From assembly GCA_038087875.1 (NCBI GenBank), contig CM075990.1, positions 15,812,001 through 15,876,000 on the forward strand: a DNA stretch of 64,000 nt. The letters run 5' to 3'. A program made the translations under genes and the position numbers. Below the pieces are notes generated by a model. That model had not been told where the DNA came from. It did no database searches and worked only from the letters and a program-made list of their open reading frames with translations. Positions 48,975 through 62,642 of this stretch are shown here, in pieces (position 1 is the stretch's first letter; the number at the start of each line of letters is the position of its first letter). The DNA is from Malacoraja senta. Taxonomy: Eukaryota.

Positions 48975-51545
48975 TTAATTCAATAGCAGTGGTAGAGTTG
49001 CTCCCTTACAGCGCTTGCAGCGTCGGAGACCCGAGTACGACCACAGGTGCTGTCTGTACGGAGTTTGTACGTTTTCCCCGTGACCGCATGTAAGGCAGCA
49101 ACTCTACAATGATGATTGACACTTTATTGTCACATGTACTTGGTACAGTGGGAATTCTTTATTTTGCATACGGTACACAAGTACACAAGTATGCAAAGAG
49201 TCACTATGAATAGGCTGCTGAGAAAGTTACAAAAGTATTCAATACAGTTCTGATGGTCCCTCTTCCTTCTCTCCTCCTCCCCCACACCCCCCCCCCCCAG
49301 AGATAAGGGAGCAGCATGAAGGTGGTGTGCCTGGTGGGACCGGGAGCTCTGCAGCTCCCCAGCCTATGAATCCCCATTTGTTCAACCCCCTCCCATCACC
49401 GCGCCCTTCGCATAAATCTTACCCCCCACCCCCTCACTCGGTTATAGCGAACAATTGGCACTAACAGACACCCCCCCCCCCCCCCCGTGGTGTGTTACTG
49501 CAAGGGTTTTCTGCATTTGGTCAATATTTGGGTAACATGTTGGAATTGTTAAGTGTTGGAAGCCTTGTCCCGAAGTCTTCGAGAAGCTGCATAACGGAAC
49601 AGGGAGAACGCAGTCAATGTTTTCAATTGGGGATTAGCGCAATCGAGGAACACTTTCATCAACATAAATGGGCACGTGCCCGAGAACACAATGGCCTCAA
49701 GCAGGGTCACATGATCCCAGGATAATCATCCGGCTGAAAGGCACCGTGGATGGAACAGCGATTACGCAGTTTACGCGCTCGAGTGTCACCCCTTGCCAAC
49801 CAGAGCATGCAATGATTATCAGCTATTGGTGTACAAGCTTCGTCGCATCGACAAAGAGCAGCAGGCCATGCAGAAAAGAACTGGTGATTGGAGACTTGGC
49901 ACTTCCCTGCGCCGAACCGTTGCAGATTTGCACACAGCAAAATCTTAAATAACTGATAAAAGCACTTTGACCTGAAACGTTAAGTCACTTTCTCAATGCA
50001 AGGTGCTACCTGGCCCACTGAGTGCTTCCAGCATTTTCTTGTCTTTGTTTCAGACTTCCAGCATCTGCAAAATCTTTCGATTTTCATCTCAAGTGTCCTG
50101 CGAGTTTTGATGTTCCAAACTGATACATGATTTTCCCTATTTTCTATATTTTCTATTGGAGCTCCAGGGGCTAGCAGAATCAGGGATGTGGGGAGAAGGC
50201 AGGCACGGGTTACTGATTGTGGATGATCAGCCATTACAATTAATGGCGTGCAGGCTTGAAGGGCCAAATGGCCTCGTCCTGCACCTATTTTCTATATTTT
50301 TTATGATTGGGGAATGACGTTTAATGCAGAGTAAAGTCCGATCTAGGATAGTCCAAGGGTCCCCGATGAGGTAGATCGCGGTTTGAGTGCTCTCTAGGTG
50401 CGGTAGGATGGTTCAGTTGCCTGATAACAGCTGGGAAGAAACTGTCCCTGAATCTGGAGTAAGATAGCCAGGTTAAAACAAAGGCACACACAAACTATAA
50501 GTGATGCGTCAGGCCCACTGCAAACGAGGGGTTAACAATACCTTGCAAGATAATTAATAAAGCAGCTCATCAGTTGAAAGGATCCACAGAGCGGAACCGA
50601 TAAGTAAAAGCACCCTCGAGGCACACAATGAGCTCCTTAGCAACAGTGAAAGGCAGAGTAACGAGGGAATCATTTGAAGATGCGCTCAAAGCAACCTCTT
50701 CACAGGAGTATCTTCTGCAACCATACCAGGTTGGCACTGCCAGGAATCTACAGGACGGAAGTCTTTGAACAACAGAGACACAGGGCTGAAATGCTCATAA
50801 ATTCCCACGCGACAGGAGCAGAATTAGGCCATTCAGCCCATCAAGCCTATTCCGTCATTCATCAATGATCTATCTACCTCTCCCTCTCAAACCCATTCTC
50901 CCCATAACCCCCGACACCCATACTAATCAAAATCTATCTCTCTCGGCCTTAAAAATATCCATTGACTTGGCCTCCACGGCCTTCTGTGACCTAAGAGGCA
51001 GGTGGGGGCCATTGACTCTCACGGTTGTCCACCGTTCTAACTTGGTACGACTGGATGAGCAAGTGGGACAACAAAAATCTAGTGTGGACGGGTAAATGAT
51101 GGTCAGCGTGCATTCGGTCAGGGAACAAGGGCCTCCGTTTTGATGAAGCACTAACTGTCTAAATTTGATTGAATATCCTTGTGCAGCTCGGAGACATCAT
51201 ATTATGCTCATGCAGTGAGATAAACAAACATTTAACAGCAGCAAGCACAAGATGAACCCGATGGCCTCGCATATATCCAGCACTGCCACAGCCAGTCACC
51301 AGCTGAACCAATATGGAAGGATCCAAGGCTTTGGCAGATAGGTCGGAGAAGAAACTGAAACAGTGGCGTAGTTAAATGCGGCTTCTATTGTAGCCCTGCA
51401 GGCTAATAAATAGATAGTTTAGGTTTAGAGATACAGCAGGAAATATGCCCATCAGCGCATGGCATCTAAGCCATCCACCGATCACCCATTCTCACTAGTT
51501 TTTAAGCTATCTCATTATTGCCTCCAGTCCCTACACAATATGGGC

Positions 51546-51998
51546 AGTCACGGTGGCGCAGCGGTAGAGTTGCTGCCTTACAGCAAAATGCAGCGCCAGA
51601 GACCCAGGTTCGATCCCGACTACGGGTGGCTGTCTGTATGGAGTTTGTACGTTCTCCCCGTGACCTGCGTGGGTTTTCTCCGAGATCTTCGGTTTCCTCC
51701 CACACTCCAAAGACAATTGGCTTGATAAAAATGTAAAATTGTCCAAGTTGGCGATATGCAGAGTACTGCCCTGCCGATTACAAAATTCAGAAGGTTCAGA
51801 AGGTATGGATCATTAACCCTCCATTACCGATTAACCTATAAAACCTGCTTGTCTTCGGGGTGTAGGAGGAAACCGGAGCACCTGGAGAAACCTCATGCGT
51901 TCACTGGAAGAATGTGCAAACTCCACACAAACTGCACCCGAGGTCGGGATCGAACCAGGTCTCTGGTGCTGTGAGGCAGTGGCTCTACCAGTGCCGCC
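51546..51998. mobile_element. Two opposed V-SINE copies (+ 51546-51745, - 51825-51998)
   Basis: A/B boxes and V domains on each strand. Confidence 0.7.
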
Positions 51999-52644
51999 CA
52001 GAGATGGGTAATGAAATTGGTCTATCCACAGCTGGTTTTAGTGCTCCAAACCCAAAACAGAGAACACTAACAAATTGGATAAACTTTACAATACAACTAT
52101 ATCAGTGAGCACTCCTTGGTGTGGGCCTGAGACTTACATAGAGATGCCATCACCTCACACTGTCAGGAGGCAATGTCTCATGGGCCCTCTTGTTCTCATC
52201 TGTTGTTCTTTTGAACTCACAAACAGCAGCGCATGGGCCCAACTTCTACTTCAGCTGAATCTTTGTTTTTCAGCTGCCGTTGGTAAAGAACGAACAGGTG
52301 GGTCTCTGTGTGTTGTGTTTCTATATTTCCATTTGTTTTATTTAGCGAGGATGGCGGTGGAGGGGAAGATTAGAGGGGGGCGGGGGAGGATTGGGGGGGG
52401 GGGGGTGGGAGGATTGGGAGGGGAGGGGGCGAGGATTACCTTGAAGTAAATGGGCCTAGAGGAGATGGGGCATCCTTCAAATGTCAGCTTGATCAGATAC
52501 CAATAACGAGGCTGAGACATCACAGAGTTTGACAGGTAATTATGTGGCAAAACTCACAGAGAATATGTCAGCAAAATTACCATTTCAGAAGGTCGACAGC
52601 TTCGACAATAGGAAAAAGGCTTTGGCAAAAGAACCTTTTAATAT

Positions 52645-52772
52645 AGGGGGAGAACAGTGAGGGGGGGGAGAACAGTGAGGGGGGGAGAACAGCGGGGGGG
52701 GAACAGCGGAGGAGGGGGGAGAAACAGTGGATGCAGCGAACAGTGGGGGTGGGTAGAACAACAGCGGGGGAG
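52645..52772. repeat. Degenerate G-rich minisatellite (ggggggagaacagtga)
   Basis: Visible repeats of ggg..gaacag. Confidence 0.7.
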
Positions 52773-55024
52773 GCATTCCAATGCAATAGGGTCACCAGCC
52801 TCCTTGTGTCAGGTGGTGAAAGGGGAATAGAAATATAGAAATCGCCTCATTCTATTTTTAATTCAAGAAACAAAAAATAACAAATGCAAATGGATTGCAA
52901 ATGCCAGCAGCTGGACTCCTTGTGATAACTCATGGGAGGTCTAGGCAAACTGCCCGGCTTGGATGATCACAATTTACAACATTATCCCTGGATGTGGCTT
53001 GTGGATGATCACCACTGGACTCCCTCCCTGGTCAACCATCTTCAGCCCTGGCCACATGCTGAAACATCGCAAATGATGGGATTTAGTTTAGTTTAATTTG
53101 GAGACCTTAAGTGAGCCCTTGCCCAGATATTGCCTAGCAACCACCGCACAGACTCTGATGGAGGAAGTTGAGTGGGAGGAGGGAATTAGAGATTAGGGGT
53201 TCTGTAAAATTAATGTATGGTTTTTATATGCTAGCATCTGGAGGACATGGATAGACGATGTTTCGGGTCGGGACCCTCTTTCAGTCCTGATCTCGAAACG
53301 TAGCCTGTTCATGTCCTCTAGCACTTTGTGTCTGTTTTGGTAAACCAGCACCTGCAGTTCCTTGTGTCCTTGTGTCCTTGTTTCCACTGTGTGCTTGTTT
53401 ACCTAAGCACCTTCACACTGAGCTTTCCCCTCCTGACTCCCCCCTGCTGGTAAATCCCCACGATGGCAACTCCAGTGGCCTAACAAACCCAATCGCACAA
53501 TTCAAAAATGCTTCCCTTCACTCCCTTAAATTAAACTCTCCTTAATACAGATTATACCAAGTTATCACTGCTCCTCAGCTACAGAACAAAACAGTATGTT
53601 TTTACTGATTGAAAGGTACAGGCCCTTTGGTTAAATATGTCCATGAAGGGTTTCGGCCCGAAACGTTGCCTATTTCCTTCGCTCCATAGATGCTGCCGCA
53701 CCCGCTGAGTTTCTCCAGCACTTTGTCTACCTTCGATTTTCCAGCATCTGCAGTTCCTTCTTGAACAATCACTCTTTCACACTAGTTCTATGTAGACACA
53801 AGGAAATGCAGATGCCGTTTTACAAAAAAAAGACACAACGTGCTGGAGTAACTCAGCAGGTCTGGAGGACATGGATAGGCTACATTTTGGGTCCAGAGTG
53901 AAGAAGGGTTCCAACCCAAAACATTCTCAATCCATGAGGTAAATCACAGAATGCTGGTGTAACTCACTGGGTCAGGCAACATCTCTGGAGAACATGGATA
54001 GGTGACGTTTTGGGTTGTTTCTCTAAGTTCTCCTCCAGAGATGCTGCCTGCCCTGAGTTACTCCAGCACTTTGTGTTGGGTTTTTATTCCACACTAGATC
54101 TTTGTTATCCCACTTTCTCATCCCCTCCCTACACATGGGGGACAGTTTACACAAGCCAATTAACCCACAACCTGCACACCGTTGGGGATGTGGGAGGAAA
54201 CTGAGGAACCTGGAGGAAACCCACGTGGTCACTGGGAGAAGGTTACAAACACCTGGACTGGAAGACTACTCAGCCTGGAAAAGGTTCAGGAGATTATTCT
54301 GCCAACTGATTTAACTCTCTGCTGACTAACGATATGTGGTCAGATATGTCCAATTTGAAGATCTCTTTCCTTTCCCAATTAGGATATCATCAATGGTCAC
54401 TGGTAAGGATGGACACTCTGATGCACATGGAACAGTTTCTACTGAAGTCTCACGAGTATGTGTACAGTCTTGCTTGCCCCTTGTACCTGACCACGTATTG
54501 TTAGTCAGCATCTGCAGTTCCTTGTTTCTACGTGGTTCTGGCTCGTAAAACATCAATATGGGAATCCAGGGCAGACAAATTTATAACTCAACATATTATA
54601 AAAACAAAAGGACAAAGTGCTGGAGTAACTCAACAGGTCAGGTAGAATCTCTGGAGAACATGGATAGGTAACGTTTCAGGTTAAGCCCTTCCTTCAGAGT
54701 GAGTTCCATGCTCAGCACCTTTTCTCCAGAGATGCTGTCTGGCCTGTTGAGTTACTCCAGCTATTTGAGTCGATCTTTGGTTTAAACCAGCATCTGCAGT
54801 TCCTTCCTACACATGGATAGGTGGCGTTTGCGTGTTAACCAGCATCTGCAGTTCTTTGTTTCGGCAACTCAATATATATTACATTCCAGGATACCTCATT
54901 CACAAGCTGCTCATCTCGTTCACAGTCTGGCGGATAAAACATTTCCTGTGAACATTTGCCCAAGAAGATACGCAAAAGCACTGCAAACTTTGTCACCAAC
55001 CTTCAGTCCGTGCAGATAGTAACT

Positions 55025-55415
55025 CCAGGATGAACAACGCCTCATCTTTCGCTTGGGCAGCTTACACTCAAGCGGGATGAATATTGACTTCTCTAACTTC
55101 AAGTAACCATTGCTTATCCTCTCTCTCCATCCCTCCCCCATCCTAGTTCTCCAACCAATCTGGCCGTCCCCCTGATTATATTTTATCTCTGTGTGCTTCA
55201 TTGTCGACATCCCCGAGCTAGCAATGATCTATTCTACATTTTCCTTGGGCCTCATCCCCTTCGATGTCTCGTTTTCACACCTTACCCTTCCTTATCTCTG
55301 TGCCTCCCTCTCCCCTGACTCCCAGCCTGAAGAAGGGTCTCGACCCAAAACGGTGCCCATTCCTTCTATCCAGAGATGCTGCCTGTCCTGCTGAGTTACT
55401 CCAGCATTTTGTGTC
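55025..55415 (+). mobile_element. Penelope 3' fragment (GIY-YIG tail, UTR, hammerhead)
   Basis: EQRLIFRLGSLHSSGMNIDFSNF; ctgaagaagggtctcgaccc at ~55328. Confidence 0.8.
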
Positions 55416-56277
55416 CAACTCCAGGAAATACAACCAGCCAACAAGACCAGGACTCAGCTCTAAGTTCTAGTTGGAGACGACAGCAACCTCACACAGCTCG
55501 TGACTCGGAAGCGACTTCTCTGGATCGCAAGACAAACAGCAATTAAATCACAGCAGGTATAAGTAAATACCATGGGCAAACGAGGTCCCTATAGTCATCG
55601 AGAGGCCAAGTCATCAACTCTATCAGAGGTTCAGGAAAGTGATGTTACTCAGCCACTTACACTGCCTGGAGGTAAAAGGCTGCTTCAGTTCAAAGAATGT
55701 GGGCCCTGAGTCTTCTAATCACATTCAATCTACCCTGGCAGGAGTGAAGACAGCAGCAATGTTTGAAGAGATATCTCAAGCCGATCGGTTCAGCTGAGTT
55801 ATTGCTCTGTTGCATCCTGCCAATCACCTGCTAATCTTAACTACCATATAAAGCCTCGGGCCTGAACTGTAGCCAAATCCACACCATCCAATATAGATAA
55901 AGCCAGCTCTGTCTCCCAGTCAAAATATTGAATCAAAGAACTGCAGGTGCTGGTTGAAACAAAAGATAGACACAAAGTGCTGGAATAACTCAGCGGGTCA
56001 GGCCCATCCTTCTTCTCCAGAGATGACCTACTTACTCCAAACATAGGCAGGTGGGACGGGTGTAGATGGGGCAAGTTGGTCGGCATGGGCAACGTGGGCC
56101 AAAGGGCCTGTTTCCACACTTCCTGACTAAATCTGCATGTTACTAAGTAATGGATTGAAAAATACAATTTCATGAGACAGATTCAATAATGTACAAGTCG
56201 CAGGTGTGCTCAGGTTACACATTGCTTATCAGAGCCTTTGAAAATTGCCCAGAATAGTCAAGACTTGGGGAAGCCTG

Positions 56278-56565
56278 ATGGCTTAGCAGTAGAGCTACAG
56301 CCTTACAGCACCAGGGACCCGGTTGCGATCCTAACTACGGGTGCTGTCTGTACGGAGTTTGCACGTTCTCCCTGTGACCCGCGTGGGTTTTCTCAGAGAT
56401 CTTCGGTTTCCTCCCACACTCCAAAGACATACAGGTTTGTAGGTTAATTGGCTTGATATAAATGAACATTGTCCCTAGTATGTGTAGGATAGTGTTAGTG
56501 TGTGGGGATCGCTGGTTGTCGAAGAATCGGTGGGCTGAAGGGCCTGTTTCCATGCTAATCTAAAC
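56278..56565 (+). mobile_element. HE1-like V-SINE
   Basis: tRNA head, V domain, tail. Confidence 0.78.
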
Positions 56566-58153
56566 TTATGCTTTTCCCAGTCAAGGTTCAAGAAGAACTG
56601 TCAACCATCTTAAAAAGAGCAATTTCTTAAAAACCCATTGCTCTCCAGAAACTTGCGTTACATCTTAGAAACTGGTGTGAGGGTTTTCCTCTGTTTATTT
56701 GCAATGCTAGTGTGTGCCTGCAGAGTTTATGAGAAGCATCTACCTCTGTCAAAACAACACCTGTTGAGCTATTATCTAACTGTGGAATTAAGCTATTAAG
56801 ATATTGCAGCTGGAAAGAGTTGAAACCTGCACCTTTAAAACATTTACAGCAGTTGAACAAGTGAATAGGTGTGAAATTGGATTAAAGAGTAGATTAGGTG
56901 CGAGGCACGAGATAGGATCGTCAGTGTTCCAGAACCAATGGCAAAACTCCAAGAATCCATGACGATAATTCAGAGAGGAAATTTAACAAATTAAGTTCAC
57001 TATTTCTTTAACTGTTTGTTATACCAGTTTAAAAGTTAAACATATTTGACCGTCTGAAATCATTTGATCTGGTAGCGGAGCAAAGGCAGAGAGAATGCAA
57101 AGAGGACAGATGAGTTGTGTTGCCAATGGCTACACAAATTGTCTAATGGTACCTCCTGGGATTAGTCCAGCAGATCTGGCAACTCTTGCAGTCAAGAGGA
57201 ATGGTCTACACACGATTCATTCATTCGCCATTCATCCATCATCGTTGAAAACATTAGCAACGCAGTGGCGCTGGTTTCCGACGGGAACGGTGACAGCCGA
57301 ACCACACATCTCTGTCCTCCAGTTCCTGCGGACTTCCGCCGCTGGAAGTATAGGATTTTGGTGTGTGTGTGTGTGTGTGTGTGCTTTATCATCGTTCCTT
57401 ACAATGCTGTGTACGACAGTGATCGCAACTTCTACTGAAGTGTGGATGGCCGTTGGCTCGCTAGAAGCTCATCCGCCCTTTGACAGGTCTTGTTTTTGGT
57501 CCTGCTGGGGGTCCACAGCCCCCTCCTCACCTGGCAAACCAGGTGGGAGAGACGGTTTAGTCGCCGACTATCCGACCATGGAGCAGGTAGCACGGGATTT
57601 CATGGTACCCGCGGCGGGCAGGGTGGGAACTCCCCGCGACCTGATCTACACACAACATTAGGGACATTGTAACTCAATGGAGAATCCTAAAATGCTTCCT
57701 TCCTTGGATGTGGACACAGCGAGTAGGACCTTAGCTTACTGTCCATTCCCTCTCTCCAGCAGCTGACCGAACGTGACAATGACTCAACGTTAATGAACAA
57801 ACAATTAACAATGCAGGATAGATTTCCAGAGAGGCTGAGCAGATGTCAACATCGGTAGAAATGAAAGGCTTTAAATGATCATTCCAACAACCACGGGTGA
57901 ACAAAGAGGAAGACGACTGAACATTATTGCCTTCCCTCACAGTGGGGAAACGTCGATTCCGCTGTGTGGGGATGTTCATGTTAAATTCGATCGTGTATTG
58001 TGTTCTTTTTCATCGTATGGCTGTATGGCAACTCAAATCTCACTGTAGATGTAACTTGAACGATGTCTATTTACCCTTTTAAATGTAAAAGGCACAATTG
58101 TCAGTCTGATATGGTGCAGTTAATTAAGCACAAGTAATCACCTCGAAAATCTA

Positions 58154-58295
58154 AGGTAAACTCAGCGGGTGAGGCAGCATCTATGGAGCGAAGGAAATAG
58201 GCAATTGCCTATTTCCTTCGCTCCATAGATGCTGCCTCACCCGCTGAGTTTCTCCAGCATTTTTGTGTAACGTAGATTTTCCAGCATCTCAAACA
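58154..58295. mobile_element. Palindromic Penelope-terminus insertion with 14-bp TSD
   Basis: Perfect 94-bp palindrome at 58158-58251; acctc(g/t)aaaatcta at 58140-58153 and 58296-58309. Confidence 0.8.
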
Positions 58296-59159
58296 ACCTC
58301 TAAAATCTATTTTTTTTTCATTTTTCCATTTGCTCTTCCCTTCCCGATGACCCAACAGAGCAATTTTCTAAAAGAAAAAACGTGCATCCCAAAGGGATTA
58401 ATTTCAACAGCAAGCTCCAGTTGTTTTTCTTGAATGGATGCAGCATTCCGGCAGCCCAAACAGCAGAATGTAATTACAAAGGGCAAGTTTCCAATGTCAG
58501 TCTCCTAGCCATGAATCCCACCGACTGAGAGTGTGCGCACACACACACACAGTACAAATCCGGCCACACCCTGGCCGCGCAAAACAGCGGGCAGAATGTT
58601 CACTCGTTTCCGACGCTCAGGGTTTAACTGCACCCCAAGCGCGAAGAGGAACAATGGCCCCGTTAACAGAGTGGTGGCGACACAGGAAGAGCAGAACAGC
58701 TTTGTTATCCGCGAGTGTAATACACATCTCCTTTCACCGGGGTCACAGCCTCAGCTAATTGTCAACCCTTGCCCAATTACAGCCACTGGTTTGTGTCTTC
58801 CTCCCCCAGTCTGGGCATGGTCACGGCTGGGTGCCGCAGCGTTAATCGTGGCATCTAGACGCACAATCGCAAACAGAGGAAACGCAATTAACTGGCGTCG
58901 CTCGCCAATCACCGTACCGCATTTGTCCGACCAGGGATTCAAACTCAGAATGATGTTTGGACAACATCACAGAGTGACCACAGAGGAAGACGACTAAACT
59001 TTCTGGTGCCTTTGGAACATTTTTATCCTGCTGTGGGGGGACGTTTATGTTGAATTCTATAATGTGTTGTCATTTTTATTTATTTTTTATTTTTCCTACG
59101 ATGTACGGAAACTTAATTATTTCTTCTATGTAAAGCATTTGGTTTCAACGCGAGTCCAA

Positions 59160-60022
59160 ATAGATAGATAGATAAACATTTATTGTCACATACACCAATT
59201 GGTGCAGTGAAATTTGACTTGCCAATGCAGCACACAAATAAAGATTACATCCAAGAATTTAACAACATAAAAACATCCCCCCACAATGGTTCCCACTGTG
59301 GGGGAAGGCAGCAAAGTCCAGTCCCATCCCCAGTTCACCCATAGTCGGGGCCTATTGAGGCCTCTGCAGTCGCCGCTACGGCAGCCCGATGCTTCAGGCC
59401 CTCTCGCCGGATGATGGAGCTCTGGCGTCGGGTGAACACTCTCAGCGGCCCGGAGTGTCTGGAGCGGCCGCCTCCTCCCAGTAGACCGCGGCTCCCGAAG
59501 TCCACGAGCCGCGCTGGTCGATGCTCCGACTCTGGCGACCCCGTCGTGAGATCCCAGGCTCCGCGGTGTTTAGAGCTCAGCGCCGCCCGCGGCTGGAAGC
59601 TCCACTGACCGCAGACCGCTGACCGCAGACCACAGACCGCAGCTCCGCGATGTTGGTGCCGGCGGTCACAGCACTCCGGAGCTTACTGCACAGCGACCCG
59701 GGTTAGGCATCGCCCGCTCCGCGATGGTACTTCAGCGCTGTGCCGCCGCCGAAGCTGAAGTCCTGGCCGGTCCCGGCAGGAAAACGCCGCTCCAGTCTGC
59801 CCGTAGGCCGCGAGGAAGGGGCGAAGATACGGCTCGGAGAAAAGCCGCATCTCCGACCAGGTAGGGACTGTGAAAATAGTTTCCCCCCTTTCCCCCCCAA
59901 CCCCCCACATAAAAACACTAAAGACCTCCAAAAACAAACACTTTTAACTAACTAAAAATTTAAAAAAGGGTGAAAAAACTAACAGCTGCTGGCAGGGCAG
60001 CCATACTCGACGGCGCCCCAGG
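59160..60022 (-). mobile_element. GC-rich non-autonomous retroposon nested in an older related element
   Basis: T-rich leader, GC body, ccccacagtgg/ccattgtgggg hairpin, (tatc)n tail. Confidence 0.65.
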
Positions 60023-60314
60023 TGGATAAAATTTACTAACTTACTTACTTACAGTTTGAGAGTCAGGGGTATGGAAACGAGAGATAGAAACGGTGATATG
60101 GACAGATATCTCTCTCTATATCACCGTCTATATCTCTCGAAGGTAGACAAAAATACTGGATAAACTCAGCGGGTGAGGCAGCATCTATGGAGCGAAGGAA
60201 TAGGTTACGTTTCAGGTCGAGATCCTTCTTCAGTCCATATCTCTCGTTTCCCTTTCCCCCTGACTCTCAGTCTGAAGAAGGGTCTCGACCTGAAACGTCA
60301 CCTATTCCTTCGCT

Positions 60315-60514
60315 NNNNNNNNNNNNNNNNNNNNNNNNNNNNNNNNNNNNNNNNNNNNNNNNNNNNNNNNNNNNNNNNNNNNNNNNNNNNNNNNNNNNNN
60401 NNNNNNNNNNNNNNNNNNNNNNNNNNNNNNNNNNNNNNNNNNNNNNNNNNNNNNNNNNNNNNNNNNNNNNNNNNNNNNNNNNNNNNNNNNNNNNNNNNNN
60501 NNNNNNNNNNNNNN
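60315..60514. other. Assembly gap (200 N)
   Basis: Run of n. Confidence 1.
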
Positions 60515-60674
60515 AGCTGTTGACACAACTAATCGGAACTGGTGTTTACATTCTCATCCAATCTCCATCATCCGGGTCTCTCAGCACATCTCTCTGGCAC
60601 CTGTTTACCTCCTTCTGTTTCCGTTTGTACCTTCTCCAGCAGAACAAGCCCAGTGAGGTAAAGAATCAGTCAAG

Positions 60675-60912
60675 ATGTGTAAGAAGGAACTGCTGATGCT
60701 GGTTTAAACCAAAGATAGACACAAAAAGCTGGAGTAACTCAACGGAACAGGCGGGCATCTCTGGAGAGAAGGAATGGGTGACGTTTCGGGTCGAGACCCT
60801 TCTTACGAATGGACTGTCTGAAGAAGGGTCTTGATCCAAAAACGTCACCTATTCCTTTTCGCCAGAGATGCTGTCTGACCCGCTGAGTTACTCCAGCATT
60901 TTGTGTCTATCT
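60675..60912. mobile_element. Fold-back Penelope-terminus element, hammerhead motif on both strands
   Basis: gacgtttcgggtcgagacccttct..ctgaagaagggtcttgatccaaaaacgtc. Confidence 0.72.
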
Positions 60913-62642
60913 ATAGAATCAGTCAATTTAGTTCAACAGAAACACTGATGCACAGAATAGCTCAAGAAGTTATTTAAAGCGCAGAGGGGTAGATATGACT
61001 CCCCTGTCTCGCATGCAAATCACCCAGTATTCTTGCAGCTTCTGTGGAACTGGGTGCAGATTTCTGAGGCAAAGCACAGAAGGCAGCTGTGATATTCAGG
61101 CTTTGATGCAATATCTTCAACAATTGCTGCAAACATTTTGGACTAGGACACCCACAACACTCATCCCAATCTGCTAAATAATTAACATAATAGAACATAC
61201 AACACAGAAACCCGGCGTGAACACAGAAACACAAAGAGAAACTCGCGTGGGGGGGCTGCTGAGAGAACAAAGAGATCATTAGGTCATAAGTGATAGGAGC
61301 AGAATTAGACATCAAGTCTACTCCGCCATTCAATCTTGGCTGTTCTATCTCCCCTTCCTAACTCCATTAATAATACGAGAAGATACAAATTAACAAATAG
61401 TAAAATAATAATTTACTAATTTTTGTTAAAAATAACATATGTTCACATAAAGGTACGGGAGTCTAAAACTATGTGTCATGGTTTAAGATGAGAAGGGAGA
61501 GATTTAAACATCTGAGGGGAATGTGTTTATTTTTACACACATAAGATGTTCACTATGGATTAAGCTGCTGAGGAAGTGGTAGATGCAGTACAATAGACAA
61601 TAGGTGCAGGAGTAGGCCATTCGGCCCTTTGAGCCTGCACCAACAATTGCATTTGTTCATAAGGTCATAAGTAAGAGGAGCAGAATCAGGCTATTTGGCC
61701 CATCAAGTCTATTCTGCCATTCAATCATGGCTGATCTATCTCTCTTTCCTAACCCCACTCTCCTGCCTTCTCCCCATAACCCCTGATATGTTGGGGACTA
61801 TATTGAATACCTCTGTAACTTTGTCAATGCCCTATCCATAGCGACTCTTTGCATACCTTGTGTATGGGATGCAAAAACATAGTATTTGACTGTGACATGT
61901 CACATGCGAGAAGAAAGAATCAATCCATCTATCCATCGGGCTACCGTGCCGCCACTGATACCCGCCACATTTTCTCAGCCGTCAGCACTGTGAGCCGGTG
62001 CCTAATAACCTCCATGGGGTCAGATTTCGTTCTCGGATCAGACAGCAAACGAGCCTTCCGCACAGATCCCGAGGGTGAGGTTTCAGTGCACGGATCAATG
62101 CGGGCTGCCAGTTTCCCATTTTACAACTCAGATTACTGAATGCTTACACCAACACATGAAAAGTCAGGGTAAACAGAATGGGTTTGTGTTGTCCCACTTC
62201 ATTATAAGATTACCGCAGAACGTTAGGAACACAACATGGTCAAAAATACAGCAAAGACCGGATAAACCGCCACATAAATTATGCAGATCTTTGGTACCAG
62301 GATAGGTAACAGATGAATCACATGAATTATTTAATGTCTATCTCAGGTGTTATAGGTTTGATAAGTTTAACTGTTTAACTATCCCCGTGCTGTGTTCAGT
62401 AACAGGACGGGTTTTCTCAATGGAAGAACTGGAAAAGAGTTCTCAACTTTGCACAACTTTAATCTGTGCCACCGATTATTTAATTCAAATTGTCCATATT
62501 ATTGTATCCTGAGAAAATGTATGAAATGTCGCAGGACTCAAGAGGCAAATTGAAATCTTCCTTAAGCTGATCTTCCAATTAAAGTTTAAAAGATTGACAC
62601 CAATAGCAATACTTAACCATGAAGAACGTTTCATTACTTTTA

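Noticed and set aside
57500..57650. HDV-like ribozyme (cctcctc motif)
   Set aside because: P1, P2, P3 and P1.1 could not be paired consistently on either strand by hand.
60173..60696. ORFs spanning X runs
   Set aside because: Artefacts of the 200-N gap.
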